Positions 39,592-53,800 of a DNA stretch of 64,000 nucleotides are shown piece by piece. Within the stretch, counting starts at the first letter, position 1, and each line of letters begins with the position of its first letter. The translations under genes and the position numbers were made by a program. The notes beneath the pieces were generated by a model, which was not told the origin of the DNA, did not search any database, and worked only from the letters and a program-made list of their open reading frames with translations. Origin of the DNA: Cirrosporium novae-zelandiae (lineage: Eukaryota); the NCBI GenBank assembly GCA_026023565.1, contig JAPETS010000015.1, positions 496,001 to 560,000 on the forward strand. The letters run 5' to 3'.

Positions 39592-42324
39592 TCAACTATG
39601 TCCCTGTCCTTGAGTTCCTTGTTGACCTTGTTGTCCTTGTGGCATTAAGAATCCTTGTGTAAACATAGGCATACCGGGCATAGTAGGAAACTGGAACCCG
39701 AAACCAGGTACCGCAGGTGGAACGCCAATGGCATTATTATCGGCAGCTCTGTCGTTCCCAGGCCCATCGCGTTCAGGTCTCCTATATCTTCCAGCAGGGG
39801 CAGCAGGAGCGGGTTCGTTGGCTGGGCGTGTGGAGCGGGGACCTGTTTTCCCACCAGAGTCAGTGGCCATGCGGCGAGAAATGGCTTTAGAAGAAACGCC
39901 TGCACCGATTTCGATGTCAGGTTCCTCGACGACGAAACCAGACTCGATAGGTCGTCCACCGCTACCGCCATATTCAGCTGTGAGCATCCATTTGCGATCT
40001 GCTTCGGTCAGCCTCTCGATAGGAATGATACTGATGCCAGTGTTGTAATCGCTGCAATCCCGTGGACCGAAACCTACGCCCCATCGGGTCTGTAATATAG
40101 GTTAGTTATTACGATGTTGACTGAGTTGGAAGGTGAGATGAAGTATAAACGTACCCTAAGTTGCATGGTATCAGACTTGTAATGCTCCATGCCTTCTCTG
40201 GCGCGCATGGCATCGGCACGAGAAATCATCTTAACAAAGGCATGGCGTTTATCGATGTTGACGATACAGGTTTGGACAACACCAAAGTTGGAGAAGATGG
40301 AACGGAGGTGCTCTTCGCCTGACGTAACGCCTCCTACGAATAAAGTTCGACTCAATACTATAATTGTATTAGCTTTAGCTTATAATATGATGGTGGCGGG
40401 TGCGGTACCTTTGATGTTGCCTTGTGGGATGCTAGGATCAAATTCAACATGCTTGGGCCCTGGTGGAGGGAGCGTTTGGTCACGTTGTGGAGGAGTTGGG
40501 CTACGACGTCGACGACCCCCTGGTGGACTTCGTTGACGATAACCATCACGGCCTCCTCTACCTCGGTTTCGGCCTTGGCGGTCATATGGATCATCCCCAC
40601 CACGATTACCATTACGAGTAGGGGATTTTCCATCATACTCTCCATATACGGGACTACCACGACGGGGAGGTGAGGTATCACGATGTCTATCCCATGCTCC
40701 TGGAGATCTAGAGCGTGCTCGATAATGAGCGCCTGGCGGGGACCTAGTAAAAGGATCACGATTTTGGCGATCACGTGATGCATAATCATTTCTCCCATCC
40801 CACGCACTTGCAACCGCATTACCAGGCTGAGAGGGCCAACCAGTGGCAGTTGGGTTTGGGATGCCGTTAGTGGTATTATTTGCAGTTGTCTGACTACCAA
40901 CAAGGGCCAAAATTGTTGGCCACTGTTCTTGAGGAATACCTTGTGCTGCCAGCACCTGGATTACTTGAAGTTGCTGAAGTGTTTCTTGTGGAAGACTAGG
41001 TGCACCCGCATTCGCTTGGGGCATCAAAGCAGCAAGTGGATTCGACTGTCCAGCGGGGAGAGCAAGGCTTGAATTTTGATTCTGTGTCATTGCAGCTAAG
41101 CCTGGAAACTGAGATGCAAGATTTACTCCTCCTAGCGGGTTTACAGCCTGAGGGGTCGGATTTGATTGATGCAAACGAGCTTGGTCTACGGACGAAGACA
41201 CGTTTTGTGGTACTGCGTTCTGGGGATTTGTTACATTCAAACTATTCTGTCCTGATGCACCTGCTGCTGTTGCATTAGGAGGAGTTGAAGTATTTTGCTT
41301 TGCCATGTTTGCTAAGGCTGCAAGAATTGCTGTCGTGTTTGGAGCAGCTTGAGCTGCTGATGCTGGTTGTTGTCCATTGATCCCATTGATAGAGTTGAGC
41401 AGATCACGCCCCGGGGATCCAGGGGGGGTGGTAGATGGTACAGCTATTAGGAGAAAAGCAAAAAATTAGATCCTGAACATGTAAAATCACGCTATTCCAT
41501 GGTTCCCACAACTTCCGTTTTGTGTGGATGGGCAGATGAGTACGGGGGAATATCTTACTTGGAGCGTTCAATTTGTCTTTGATGTTTGAGAGTATCGGTC
41601 CTGGAAATGTACTCCCGCGCTCCCAAATATCGACGAGCTTTTTGATTCTAGCCTATAATCCAGCCCACGATGCACAAGTTAGAGAACGAGCTTTCGCACA
41701 GAATACGGATATGTAGTCAAATACAGCCAATCTTTTTTTTTATACAGAACTGAAGCAACGAATCCTTGTTCCCACGACTCTCCATGATAAGGATAGTTTA
41801 AGCGCGGTAAAAGAAACCAGATTGGCTTTTCAGGCAAATATACGGGCAAGTATGATTCTATAATGGAGCGTACCTTTTGATCTTCCGGAGCAGTGTTTAT
41901 GATATCAGCCATAAGAACTGGAAGCAACTCTGTTACTCTATTGACACCAGCGGCATACGTTCCATCGGGAGCACCAGGAGCTATCGTTTGGCCAGCCTTG
42001 CGAGCTTGTTCTACCCACTGTCGGGTTACAGAGTCTACGACATAGAGCACGCCCAACTTGTGTGTCCCAGGAGTTTTCTTGAAATGTGTGTATATCTTGG
42101 TGATTAAGGCGGATTCGGACTATAGATGATTAAAGCATTAGCATGCGATTGACGTGTAAACAAGAGTCTGACGCGACGCGTGTGAAAGAACGGTGGCAAC
42201 TTACTTGAACATTGTTATTGCAGAGAGAAGTGATGCTGCTAATCTTCGACCCAGATACTCCGGGTGGCTTCATCTGAAGCATCGACTGGAGATAAGTATC
42301 CAACTCAGCGACTGCTGAAGACAT
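39592..42324 (-). CDS. NRD1: Nrd1/Seb1 (NrdA) RNA-binding termination factor, CID + RRM, six exons
   Basis: CID: MSSAVAELDTYLQSMLQMKPPGVSGSKI, HKLGVLYVVDSVTRQW, KKLVDIWERGSTFP. RS/RG-rich linker. RRM: VLSRTLFVGGVT..FGVVQTCIVNIDKRHAFVKM and TRWGVGFGPRDCSDYNTGISIIPIERLTEADRKW. Confidence 0.93.
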
Positions 42325-42870
42325 GGCTAGAGGTTTGACTGCGAATAATTGCAATACCAGTTTTTTCACGTCTTGCAGCGCGCTGCAAAAAGAGCTAAAC
42401 TATGGGAACACCAGCCAGCGGTCTGGTGAAGGCTGATAAAAAGTGGATGATAAAGTAAAGGTGAAGCTCAGAAGTTGCAAATTCCGGGATGAGGTGAGGA
42501 TAAATGTGAGGAAGTGACTACAGAAGACCTGGCTGTCGCGGTACCGCGAGAATAGCCTGAACCGCCGCCCTAATCCAACCTCTGCCGTGTCGGAAAACCG
42601 TCGAACTAAATTCCTTCAGACCAACTAGTAGGTTATTACGACAAGCCGGAATGATAATAGCAAGCAGTTGAGGATGAAAAGTACAAGTGGTTACTGAGAA
42701 AATCGATAGAAAAGGTTGGTTAGGTGATACGAAGATGAAGAAAGGAAGGAAGGAGAGAAGAAGAGTTAAGAAAGAAGAGCTTTCTTGTCTTGGGAGTGGA
42801 GTCTTTCGGTTAGCAGGAGTGGCCAACCACCAAGGCCGCCTCAAAGTGGCTGGGGGGATGGGAAAGGGAC

Positions 42871-43130
42871 CTTGGCACGTGATATACTGTACTGGTTTGT
42901 ACACGTGTGACTGTGTAAATATAGTACTTGATGACTCAACCAACATCAAAGGGTCCTTTAATTTTCCTTTTGAAAATTTGCGACAATTTTACTCAGCACG
43001 TGCCCAGTAACTTACCGTACAATTTTTCACTTTAACTATTTTTTTTTACACTTTCCTCTGACCCTGACCCTCTGACCCTTGACCAAGGCTTTAACTGGCT
43101 ATCCTCGGGTCACACTCACAGGTCACACAG
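42871..43130. promoter_or_regulatory. Motif cluster in the divergent NRD1/citrate synthase promoter: three CACGTG E-boxes and six TGACC/GGTCA half-sites
   Basis: CACGTG at 42876, 42902, 42997; TGACC at 43059, 43065, 43073, 43080; GGTCAC at 43108, 43121. Confidence 0.45.
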
Positions 43131-43786
43131 GTTACAACCTGCATAGTTGGTTTCTCATATCAACCCTACTTTAGTCTACCCACCATTATTGCGAATTGAT
43201 TGTAACCATCCGCCCTCTCTCACCTTCTCTGGCTCTCTCCATTTTGGCCTCTATACCTCTAGAGGTGTTGCCAACCACTTGCCGCATGCCTTAGTTACAA
43301 GTACACTCTTAACTACAACTCAAAAAGTAAAGCTTCCGACGTCGGAAACAATGCAAAAGATCAGATTCCCCTTTAGATCTCATCCTTTGAAAAAAGGAGA
43401 AGAGAGAATAAAATGCGATTTTTTTGCCTCAACAAACAAATCCTGGTGGTAAAAACTATGTAAAAGAATATCAATTTATGGGGAATAAGCCCTGAACAGG
43501 CCCACCCGTATAATTAACTGTCCCCCCAATTGTCCCCAATTTTAGGCTTTGCCGGGGCACCCGTAGCCAATATCAGAACCCTGACGTAACTACCTAGGTA
43601 CTTACATTTCTACTGCGGATGTTGGAGTTCAACCCATGTAGAGTTCGGCAAGCGAGAAAGCTCCGATCTCATCAATGTCTTTGCCGGTGTCTTTTCTTTT
43701 CTTCTCCACACTCCATCTTTCCTCAACACACATTTCCTATTTCCTATTTCCCCCTCTCATATATTCTCTCAGCTCTATCAATAACA

Positions 43787-45533
43787 ATGGCCTCTGCCCT
43801 TCGTGCTAGCAGACTAGCTCTGCGAACTTCCCTTACTCCTTCAATCGTTCGATCAGCTACATACAATGGCCTACGGTGCTATTCCACTGCTAAAACTCAG
43901 GTAGGACTTCCGTTGCGCTGGTTCATGCATTGGACGTCGTTCCGCTAATATTCTGTCTTCTAGTCTTTGAAAGAGGTTCTTGCTGAGAAGATTCCTGTCG
44001 AGCAAGAAAAGGTCAAGAAGTTGAGAAAGTAAGCCTATGTATCAACCAGGCTCTGGGGATCGCATTTGACCAGGGAATCCAATTCTTAGAGAATATGGCT
44101 CCAAATCAGTTGGCGAGGTTACTCTTGACCAAGTCTATGGCGGAGCTCGTGGTATAAAGTCCCTTGTGTGGGAGGTATGAAACTTTGAACTTTCTTGTTC
44201 CATATCTTATACTGACCCATATTTCGCTAGGGTTCCGTCCTTGACGCCAATGAGGGAATTCGATTTAGAGGAAAGACGGTAATTCCATTACCGCCGTGAT
44301 TTTTTGCACTGCTGATGTGTCTTCAGATCCCAGAATGTCAAGATATGCTTCCGAAAGCTCCGGGCGGAGAAGAACCTCTTCCAGAAGGTAAAGGTTTTTG
44401 AATCAATACGGCCGAGCAAAGCGCTTACTCTCACAGGTCTCTTCTGGCTTCTCTTGACCGGTGAAGTTCCCTCTGAGCAACAAGTACGCGATCTCTCTGC
44501 AGAGTGGGCTGCACGATCTACCGTTCCCAAATTCATTGAGGAGCTTATTGACCGATGCCCAAGCGATCTTCATCCAATGGCACAGTTTTCTTTGGCTGTT
44601 ACTGCCTTGGAACATGAATCTTCATTCTCCAAGGCATATGCCAAGGGCATCAACAAGAAAGAATACTGGGGTTACACCTTTGAGGATTCAATGGACTTGA
44701 TCGCTAAGTTGCCCACTATTGCAGCTAAGATCTATCGCAACGTGTTTAAGGATGGAAAGGTTGCTCCTGTTCAAAAGGACAAGGACTATGGCTTCAACTT
44801 GGCAAATCAATTGGGCTTTGGAAACAATAATGATTTCGTTGAACTCATGAGACTTTATTTGACCATCCACTCTGACCATGAGGGTGGAAATGTCAGTGCC
44901 CACACCACCCACTTGGTTGGTAGCGCATTGAGTTCTCCCATGCTCTCTCTTGCTGCCGGTCTTAATGGTCTTGCTGGTCCTCTCCATGGGTTGGCTAACC
45001 AAGAAGTGCTCAATTGGCTCACAAAGATGAAGAGTGCTATCGGTAATGACTTGAGCGACCGAGCCATCACCGACTACTTATGGTCCACTCTAAAGGCAGG
45101 CCAGGTTGTTCCTGGGTATGGTCATGCTGTTCTCCGCAAAACTGATCCCCGCTATGTGTCTCAACGCGAGTTTGCTCTTCGCAAGCTTCCTGATGACCCC
45201 ATGTTCAAGCTAGTCAGCCAGGTCTACAAGATCGCCCCTAAAGTTCTCACTGAGCATGGAAAGACCAAGAACCCATTCCCCAATGTCGATGCTGTGAGTA
45301 TTCCATTGTGATTATCCTATTTTGATCTTGCTAATCATCTCTAGCACTCCGGTGTCCTCCTCCAGTACTATGGGCTTACTGAAGCCAGATATTACACTGT
45401 CCTCTTCGGTGTATCTCGCGCCCTTGGTGTTCTTCCACAATTGATTTGGGATCGTGCTATTGGCTTGCCAATCGAGCGTCCCAAGTCATTCAGCACCGAG
45501 GCTTACGCGAAGCTTGTTGGGGCCCAACTCTAA
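43787..45533 (+). CDS. CIT1: Mitochondrial citrate synthase, seven exons
   Basis: R/S-rich presequence, [80 protein letters not shown] and IERPKSFST; ends GAQL*. Confidence 0.98.
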
Positions 45534-46325
45534 ATTAATTGTGTAACAAAAGTTCGATGAGAGGGCGTAGGTTAGCAACAGGAGCTGGGGCAGTATAGAA
45601 TTGACGGTAACGTGTACATTACAGATTCTACTCGGTACAGCATTTGGAGTTGGGATTTACTCGGCTCGATCTGCGTAATTGACGGGTTTGTATTGGAAAC
45701 ATTTATGCTTATGCTGTAACGTTCGAGCATGGAGCGTTGTGTGGTTTAAAAAATAGATCTGTTTTTATGAGAAATAGAAAAATTGCAATTTGTCAATCTA
45801 ATTTGTGGAGCCCCAATCTCAAGCAAGTTGAACTACTCAACAATACCAAAGAACGGAGAATAAACATTATTGTGACAGTCATAGCGTATCACAAGTTCAT
45901 AAACGTATCCTCAACGGGACAAGTTGAAAATCAACGAGGTCAGAATCTGGCCCGAGCTTGTTGACGGCACCGGGGGTTGAGGGCGCCAAAAAGAAACGGG
46001 ATGGTCGGGGGTGTCGGCGGTCATTTGCTTACGCTTTTTCCAGTCCTTCTTCCTCATGCTAATCTGATTCTCAACACCTGAAAGCTGACCAAGGATAATA
46101 ATAAACTGTCGGTCACCGATTTGTCTCGTTCATACAGCCGTCGCACTGTAAATTGAACAAACATACATCTCCATTCAATACTTCTCTTCTACTCCTTGTG
46201 TCACTAAAGCAACATTTGCTGGTGATTGTGTTTTAACTACAAAACCACTCTACTCTTCTCTAACCCAGCGACGAAGCTATCCTCTTCCCTTGGTCAGGGC
46301 CCCTTCCAAACCATTACTCCCTACC

Positions 46326-47593
46326 ATGTCTGCTGCCGCAATCCAACCTGCCGTCCCAGCGGCGCCAACGCTGGAGAAGAAACCTGTGAAGTTCAGCAAT
46401 CTATTGCGTAATGTTCACTGCTCTGAGCTGCTCAAGAGTCGCCCAAGCTGATTATTTGATAATGTAGTTGGCGCTGGATTGAACCTGTTTGAGTATGTAA
46501 CTTTATTTTCTGATCTAAAAAATGATGATGATGATGCTGATTCTTCTGCAGAGTTACAACTTTAGGCCAGGTATTTAGAATTGATTTTACTCTTTGCCGA
46601 TATTTGGTCATTAACTAAGCGCTCGCACTTGTAGCCTCTGGAGGTTATTAAAACCACCATGGCAGCGAATAGAGGAGACAGCTTCGCGGGAGCAATGGCG
46701 CGGATATGGGGCCGTGGCGGCCCCTTTGGATGTTAGTATTTCTGCTCTTTTCCTTATGATGGTAGCCATTTCGCTTGTACCGAGGCTAATCAGTATTTTG
46801 CCGAACAGACTATCAAGGTTTGATTCCATGGGCCTGGATCGAAGCGTCCACCAAAGGTGCTGTCCTCCTCTTCGTTGCTTCCGAAGCCGAATACTATGCT
46901 AGATCGTTTGGTGCTTCCCAGTTCCTTGGTGGTATTGCTGGTGGTATGACTGGAGGTATTGCTCAGGCATATGCCACCATGGGTTTCTGTACCTGTATGA
47001 AAACTGTTGAAATCACAAAACATAAGATGGCTGCTGCGGGTGTCAAGCCTCCTAGTACCTTTCAGACTTTCATGGATATCTATCGCAAAGAAGGCATCCG
47101 AGGTATCAACAGGGGTGTCAATGCTGTTGCTATCCGCCAGACCACAAACTGGGGGTCCCGATTTGGTCTTTCCAGGTTGGCAGAAACAGCAATCCGAAAG
47201 GTTGGTGGGAAAGAGGAAAACCAGAGGTTGACCTCGGTAGAGAAAGTTATTGCTAGTGCCCTCGGTGGTGGTCTCAGTGCTTGGAATCAGCCCATCGAGG
47301 TTATTCGTGTTGAGATGCAGAGCAAAAAGGATGATCCTAACCGTCCTAAGAACTTGACTGTGGGAAAGACATTCAGGTACATTTACGAGACAAACGGTCT
47401 AAAGGGTCTTTACCGAGGCGTTACTCCTAGAATTGGACTTGGTGTTTGGCAAACTGTTTGCATGGTTGCTTTGGGTGATATGTAGGTTTTCTTCTACTTA
47501 CTGTTTTTGGTCCATTTACTAATACCATTTGCTTTTAGGGCTAAGGAGGCGGTGGAAAAACTAACAGGGGAAACGGTTACCGCTAAACATTGA
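46326..47593 (+). CDS. YHM2: Mitochondrial citrate/2-oxoglutarate carrier, six exons including two micro-exons
   Basis: [87 protein letters not shown] and WNQPIEVIRVEMQS. Confidence 0.95.
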
Positions 47594-48189
47594 TGAGGCG
47601 TCTTCTGGACTCGTTCAACACGGATATAAGAAAAAATCATAGACTGCACGCAGCCTAGTAAGGGTTATTGAGTTATTCATTTCTTACGAAATTACTGTTT
47701 TGCTGGTAATAGATGTTATACGTTGGGACCGTGTTCATTTGGCATGGCCCTCGTACGTTGTTTTTACGTGTATTTGGAATATGAACACTTGGGTAGAATC
47801 GCTTTTAATTGCCTTCGTCTTGCTACATGTAGAAGTAGCTTAAGAATGAAATGGAGAGTAGACTTTTTAGAAGAATGTCTTTATAATAATATATGATATT
47901 TCTCTACACTATCGCCTATATAGTGATTGATTATAACGGCCATCACCTTAAATAAGGTACACAATCCGGAAGTTTTCCTCAAAAATCCCATACCGACACA
48001 TCCTGGAAGCATCAAATTATTATCACAACTAGAACTCGAGAATGAAATCGATATGAAAGCTTCTTTAGAAATTATTTGATTTTTTCTTTTGAAGTTGACC
48101 GTTAAATACTCCTGGTACATCAACCAGAACTCTTTTCGTATTCTAATCGTGAAATCTTCATCCAACGGTTGCGATATCCTCTCCTCAAA

Positions 48190-49868
48190 ATGCAAAATGC
48201 AACCCCCCCAGCTCTTCCAGGTTATTACTTCGGTATGCATTTACTGTCTTTACCTACTAATGTCATGGTGTTTCGATATTGATGCACGTCACCTTATTTA
48301 ATATGCTGCATTTCCCGTTTTTCTGTTTTATCCGTTATGCAATCCTATTCATATTATTACACACTAGCCGGGCGACTATCTACGTATAAGTAGCTCTGTT
48401 AACCTGGTGCTGCAAATTTGACTTTCTTTCCTTTTATTGGCATTTAAATTTTATCTAACTTCATCAGATCCCGCAAAACAAAAATATTTTAGAATTCAGA
48501 AGAACCATAACGCAAGCCAAGGATCCAAGTACTCTGAAGAAAATATACAGAAAGAAGAGCAAGCTGCTAAGGTAAACTTCTCTGAATTTACCACCGGCGA
48601 CTTCATTTGCTGATAAATTTACCTATATATAGCGCCGAAAGCTACAGGACAAGCGTAAATCTTTCATCAATCGTAGGGTAAAGCGAGCTGTTATTCTCGA
48701 AACTCCCTTAGTAGGTTCACTCCTCAGTCGTGAGCTGGGAGCATCCCTAAAAACCCTCTGCAACACCAATCCCGCCTCCGCGTATACATCTGCCTTAAAG
48801 CGGGTCGATAACCCCATCCGTATTTACACTGTTACCCCCGAACCTAGTGCACCACATCCAATCTACATAAGCCACCTAATTCAAGACCCAGTTAGCGGTG
48901 CCATATTAACAGGCTGCTCTTCTTCTTCTGGAACCCGTGCCCTTATCTCCTGTGTCCCACAGCATGGCCTTCAGTGGGACCGTTATGTGAATCAGCGCAT
49001 CATCACTTGTCTCCCATCTCCCATTTCCTCAATTTCTCTGTTGGAGAAGAGCCGCCATCTCATTACAACTACACATGGCGATAAAACTATGGCAACGATA
49101 CATCTGCATCAGTTGTATAGAGAAGAAGAATGGAACTTGCATTGGCCCGTTATAGAAGAGCCCGTTTATACAACCCTGAGATTGGGCCCTGATCTGAGTA
49201 TTTGGTGCAGCAAGTCTTCTCCCTTCGGGCCCTCCTTCGCAGTGGGAACATCCTACGGTTGCGATGTCTTTACTTCGAGCTCTGATGCCTGGACAAGAAC
49301 AATGCATCAATGCTATCGCACCAAAACCGACCACCGCGCAATCGAGTTCTTGAGTCCTAATATCATAATTGCCGGTCTTCTAGATGGCACACTGACGTTG
49401 TATGATACGCGGACAGGGGAGAGGCGTGTGCAGAGATTAAGGCACGCAAGTAAAGTAACCCATCTAGCAGCGATAGACGAGATGAGGGTGGTGTGTGCAG
49501 GTCTGCAGAATAACCTGGACATGTACGATCTCCGTTATACGTCGACACTTGGAAAATGGCGCTCTCCGTCATTTGCTCCCCAATCCTCGCGGCCAGCAAT
49601 CTCATATGAGGGATATCGGAATTGGACATCAGAGACAATTGGCTTTGACATCGACCCAGAACTTGGAATTGTAGCCGCTGCGACGGATGATGGAAAAGTA
49701 CAGCTGTTTGAACTCTATACAGGGAAGGCAGTGCAGAGTCCATTGTGTAGGGCGCATTTTGATGAGACAGTTACGTGTTTGAAGTTTACTAGGGGAAAGC
49801 AGAGGGCAGAGAGTAGGCCAACCATATTGCTTGGTGAGGAGGATAGGGTGGAGGCTTGGAGCTGGTGA
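48190..49868 (+). CDS. WD40 protein, DCAF4/WDR21-like; exons 48190-48232, 48468-48571, 48633-49868
   Basis: Spliced N-terminal motif LPGYYF|DPAKQKYFRIQ, typical of the DCAF4/WDR21 family; WD repeats with YDTR and MYDLRY (DWD-like); both introns in frame. Confidence 0.75.
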
Positions 49869-50801
49869 TATATTTTTCTCTATCCTTCTTTTTCATGTGA
49901 TAATAGGTATATGAGGCTGGACGGACATGACTTTGATGAAGGTGTTCTTTTCGATTTTTAGTCTATATATGACGCATCGAAAAATATATTTCTTGCTATT
50001 AAGTTTATGGAGTAAATTGCCTAGAGGCATACTTTGGATGATTTGAATATATCATAAATATATGAATAGATTTACTCTACAAGTGTTAATCACACTAAGG
50101 CTACAAGTAAATTTCAAATGAGCAGAATATAAGAAAGATAAATATGCTCCTTCTAATTTATATCAAGGTCCTTCCTGCAGTTAACTATGCAGCCATGCCA
50201 ACGAGAGATTTATTTGACTTGAACTGCTGGAACAACTAGTAAACCGAGACCTAGGTAACAAGATATTGGTCGAGGCTAATCGAAAAAAAAGCGACGAATC
50301 TAGCCAAATGGCAATAGTTAGCACATGAGCTAATTATATGAATATAGATGATTTAATAAGGCAAAATTGCATTGGTCAGTTTGGGTATAGGTATATCAGC
50401 ATTATCTGGGCAATAGCCCGGCTAAGTCCCGTCTTGAAATTTAAAGGTAGTCATCATTTATAGCGATTAGAAGTAGGAGGGAAAAAAATGACATTACCTT
50501 TGAGCTAGGAGGATAGTTGATGATAGTTGGTAATTCGATATATTTCTATGGAATTCATGAGTCAATGGAGACATGCTGTGCATACTCGAGTAGTATGGAA
50601 AGTGGAGGGTGGAGAGATGGAGTCAATTTTGAGTTCAAAGGGCACTAGTGTTCTGTTGGAAGAAAGAAGCCCCGCTAGGCGTCTCGGTCTGGCTTCGGTG
50701 GGGGAGGGGCCAAGCGATTTTTTGGCAAAACTTATGAATTTGCTAGAACATCGCAGCTTTTATTTCTGATCAAGCTTATACGCAGACCATGAGCCGACAA
50801 C

Positions 50802-53800
50802 ATGCCTCCTCGCAAAAGAACAGAAGACCTTATGGAGGTAGAAGGTGTTCCCCAAGAGGTATGCAATCTTATTAATCTTCCGTCATTGTTCTGTTGCTAA
50901 TGAGTGACAATTTCCAGGGTTCTGCAAAAAAGAAGCCCAAGTCGCGTACCCAAGTAAAGCAGCAAGCGGTTATGGATGGTAAGGATTCTAGTGAAAATGG
51001 ACCGGTTGAATCTCAATATAAAGATGTAAGTGAAATCATCTTTATTGCCGATAACGGCTGACAACCTCCTAGAGCCTGGACGCCCTTATGCAGCCTTTCT
51101 ATTACGGGAAATCATTAACCGATCCCATCAATACCGCACAAGACAAATGGAATTTGCTGCCAGCTTTCCTGAAAGTGAAAGGCCTTGTCAAACAACATAT
51201 TGATTCGTTCAATTACTTTACGGATGTAGAGCTCAAGAAAATCGTCCAGGCAAATCGTCGGGTTCTGAGTGATGTAAATCCTAGATTCTTCCTTGAATAT
51301 AACAACATCTACATTGGCCACCCTACAAGGGTTGAATATGGTACTGTGGATAGGTTCAGAGATGACTCAGTCACTCCTAATGAATGCCGTCTTCGGGATA
51401 TGACTTATGCTGCCCCAATATTTGTTGACATCACCTACGTCCGTGGAAACAAAGTTGTCCGGCGGGCAAAAACACCTATAGGCCGTTTGCCAATCATGCT
51501 TCGAAGCTCGAAATGTGTTCTTTCAAATAAAAGCGAAAGGGAAATGGAAGTCCTTAGTGAATGCCCACTTGATCCGGGAGGATATTTCATTGTGAACGGC
51601 ACAGAAAAGGTTATCTTGGTCCAAGAACAATTGAGCAAAAACAGAGTAATTGTGGAGTCCGATCCGCGCAAACAGATAATACAAGCCTCAGTTACCAGCT
51701 CAACTCATGAGAGAAAATCAAAAAGTTATGTTTTGATGAGAAAAGATAGGCTGTACCTGAAACACAACATTCTCACTGAGGATGTCCCCATCACCATAGC
51801 TCTTAAAGCCATGGGAATTCATTCTGACTTTGAGATAATGTTGCTGGTTGCTGGCACGGACTCGGTATATCAAGATGATTTCTCCATAAACTTCGAAGAA
51901 GCCGTACGATGCGGTATTTCTACACAGGAACAAGCGCTAGAATTCATTGGTGCCCGTATCAAGATTGAGAGGAAAGGAAATTTCGCTATTAGGCGAAACT
52001 ATAGACAAGAGGCGCTCGAAGCTTTGTCTCAAGTTATTATTGGCCATGTTCCTGTTGAAACGATGGATCTTAGGCCAAAGGCTTTGTATGTTGCCTTCAT
52101 GGCAAGAAGAATTTTGATGGCAAACCGAAATCCTCATATGGTCGATGATAGAGATTATGTTGGGAATAAACGGCTTGAACTTGCCGGACAACTCCTGTCT
52201 CTTCTTTTTGAAGATCTATTCAAAAAATTCAATTTTGATATCAAAATGAGCATAGACAAGGTTCTCAAGAAGCCAGCTCGGACTGAAGAATTTGATGCCG
52301 CTACTGTTCTTAGCTCTCATGCCAATCATATAACACAAGGGATGAATCGTGCAATTTCTACCGGCAATTGGAGTCTAAAGCGTTTCAGGATGGAACGGGC
52401 AGGAGTAACGCATGTTTTGAGTCGTCTGAGCTACATAGCTGCTTTAGGTATGATGACCCGGATCTCCAGCCAGTTTGAAAAGACACGAAAAGTTAGCGGC
52501 CCTCGTGCTTTACAGCCCTCTCAATTTGGCATGCTATGCCCTTCCGACACCCCTGAAGGTGAAGCGTGTGGCTTGGTGAAGAATTTAGCTTTGATGACAC
52601 ATATCACGACCGATGACGAGGAACAACCGATAGAGGACCTCATTGCTGAGCTGGGTGCGGGAGATGCTAGGACCAAGAGTGGCAGGGAACTTTATGCCAA
52701 GGGGGCTTATATCATATTTCTCAATGGTACTCCTCTTGGCCTGATAAGAGAACCAAGAGTCTTCCTCAACAAATTTAGAAAACTTCGACGTATGGGAAGA
52801 GTGTCTGAATTTGTTAGTATCTACATTAATCATCACCATAATGCTGTGCATATTGCTACCGACGAAGGCCGTATTTGCCGTCCCTTAATTGTTGTCGAAA
52901 ACGCAAAGCCCATTGTCACAACTCGCCATCTTAATGCTTTACGAAAGGGAACGATGGGGTTTGATGATTTTTTGAGACGAGGCTTAGTTGAGTACCTGGA
53001 TGTCAACGAAGAGAATGATTCGAATATTGCTATCTATGAGAATGAAATCAATGCAGCTACAACACATCTTGAAATCGAACCGTTCACTATTCTCGGTGCA
53101 GTTGCGGGTCTAATTCCATATCCTCACCATAACCAATCTCCCCGAAATACTTATCAATGCGCTATGGGTAAACAAGCCATAGGTGCTATAGCAAACAATC
53201 AATTCACACGAATTGATACTCTTCTATACCTTATGGTCTATCCTCAGCAACCCATGGTAAAAACCCGGACTATTGAGTTAATAAAATATGATAAACTTCC
53301 TGCCGGCCAGAATGCCATAGTCGCGGTTATGAGTTTCTCCGGATATGATATTGAAGATGCTCTCGTTATTAATAAAGCATCCTGTGATCGTGGGTTTGGA
53401 AGATGTCAAGTTTTCCGGAAATATTCCACAACACTACGTAATTACTCTAACGGGACTTCTGATGAGCTTGCGGACAAGGAATATAGGGATGGAAAGGCTA
53501 TCGCGAAGCATGCGCTCCTTGACGTGGACGGTTTGGCGAATGTTGGAGAGAAAGTAAGCTTCGGTGAAACTTATGTCAATAAAAGGACTCCAGAGAATGC
53601 TGGAGCAACGGGCCTCGAGTCAGACAACGGAGTGGCTCGATTTAGGCCTTGCCCAATGACTTATCGGCTGCCCGATCCTGCCTATATTGATCAGGTCCTA
53701 ATATCGTCAAATGAGGCGGAGCATACACTCCTGAAGGTCAAGACACGTCAAACAAGACGCCCTGAAGTTGGTGATAAATTCTCTTCCCGTCACGGACAAA

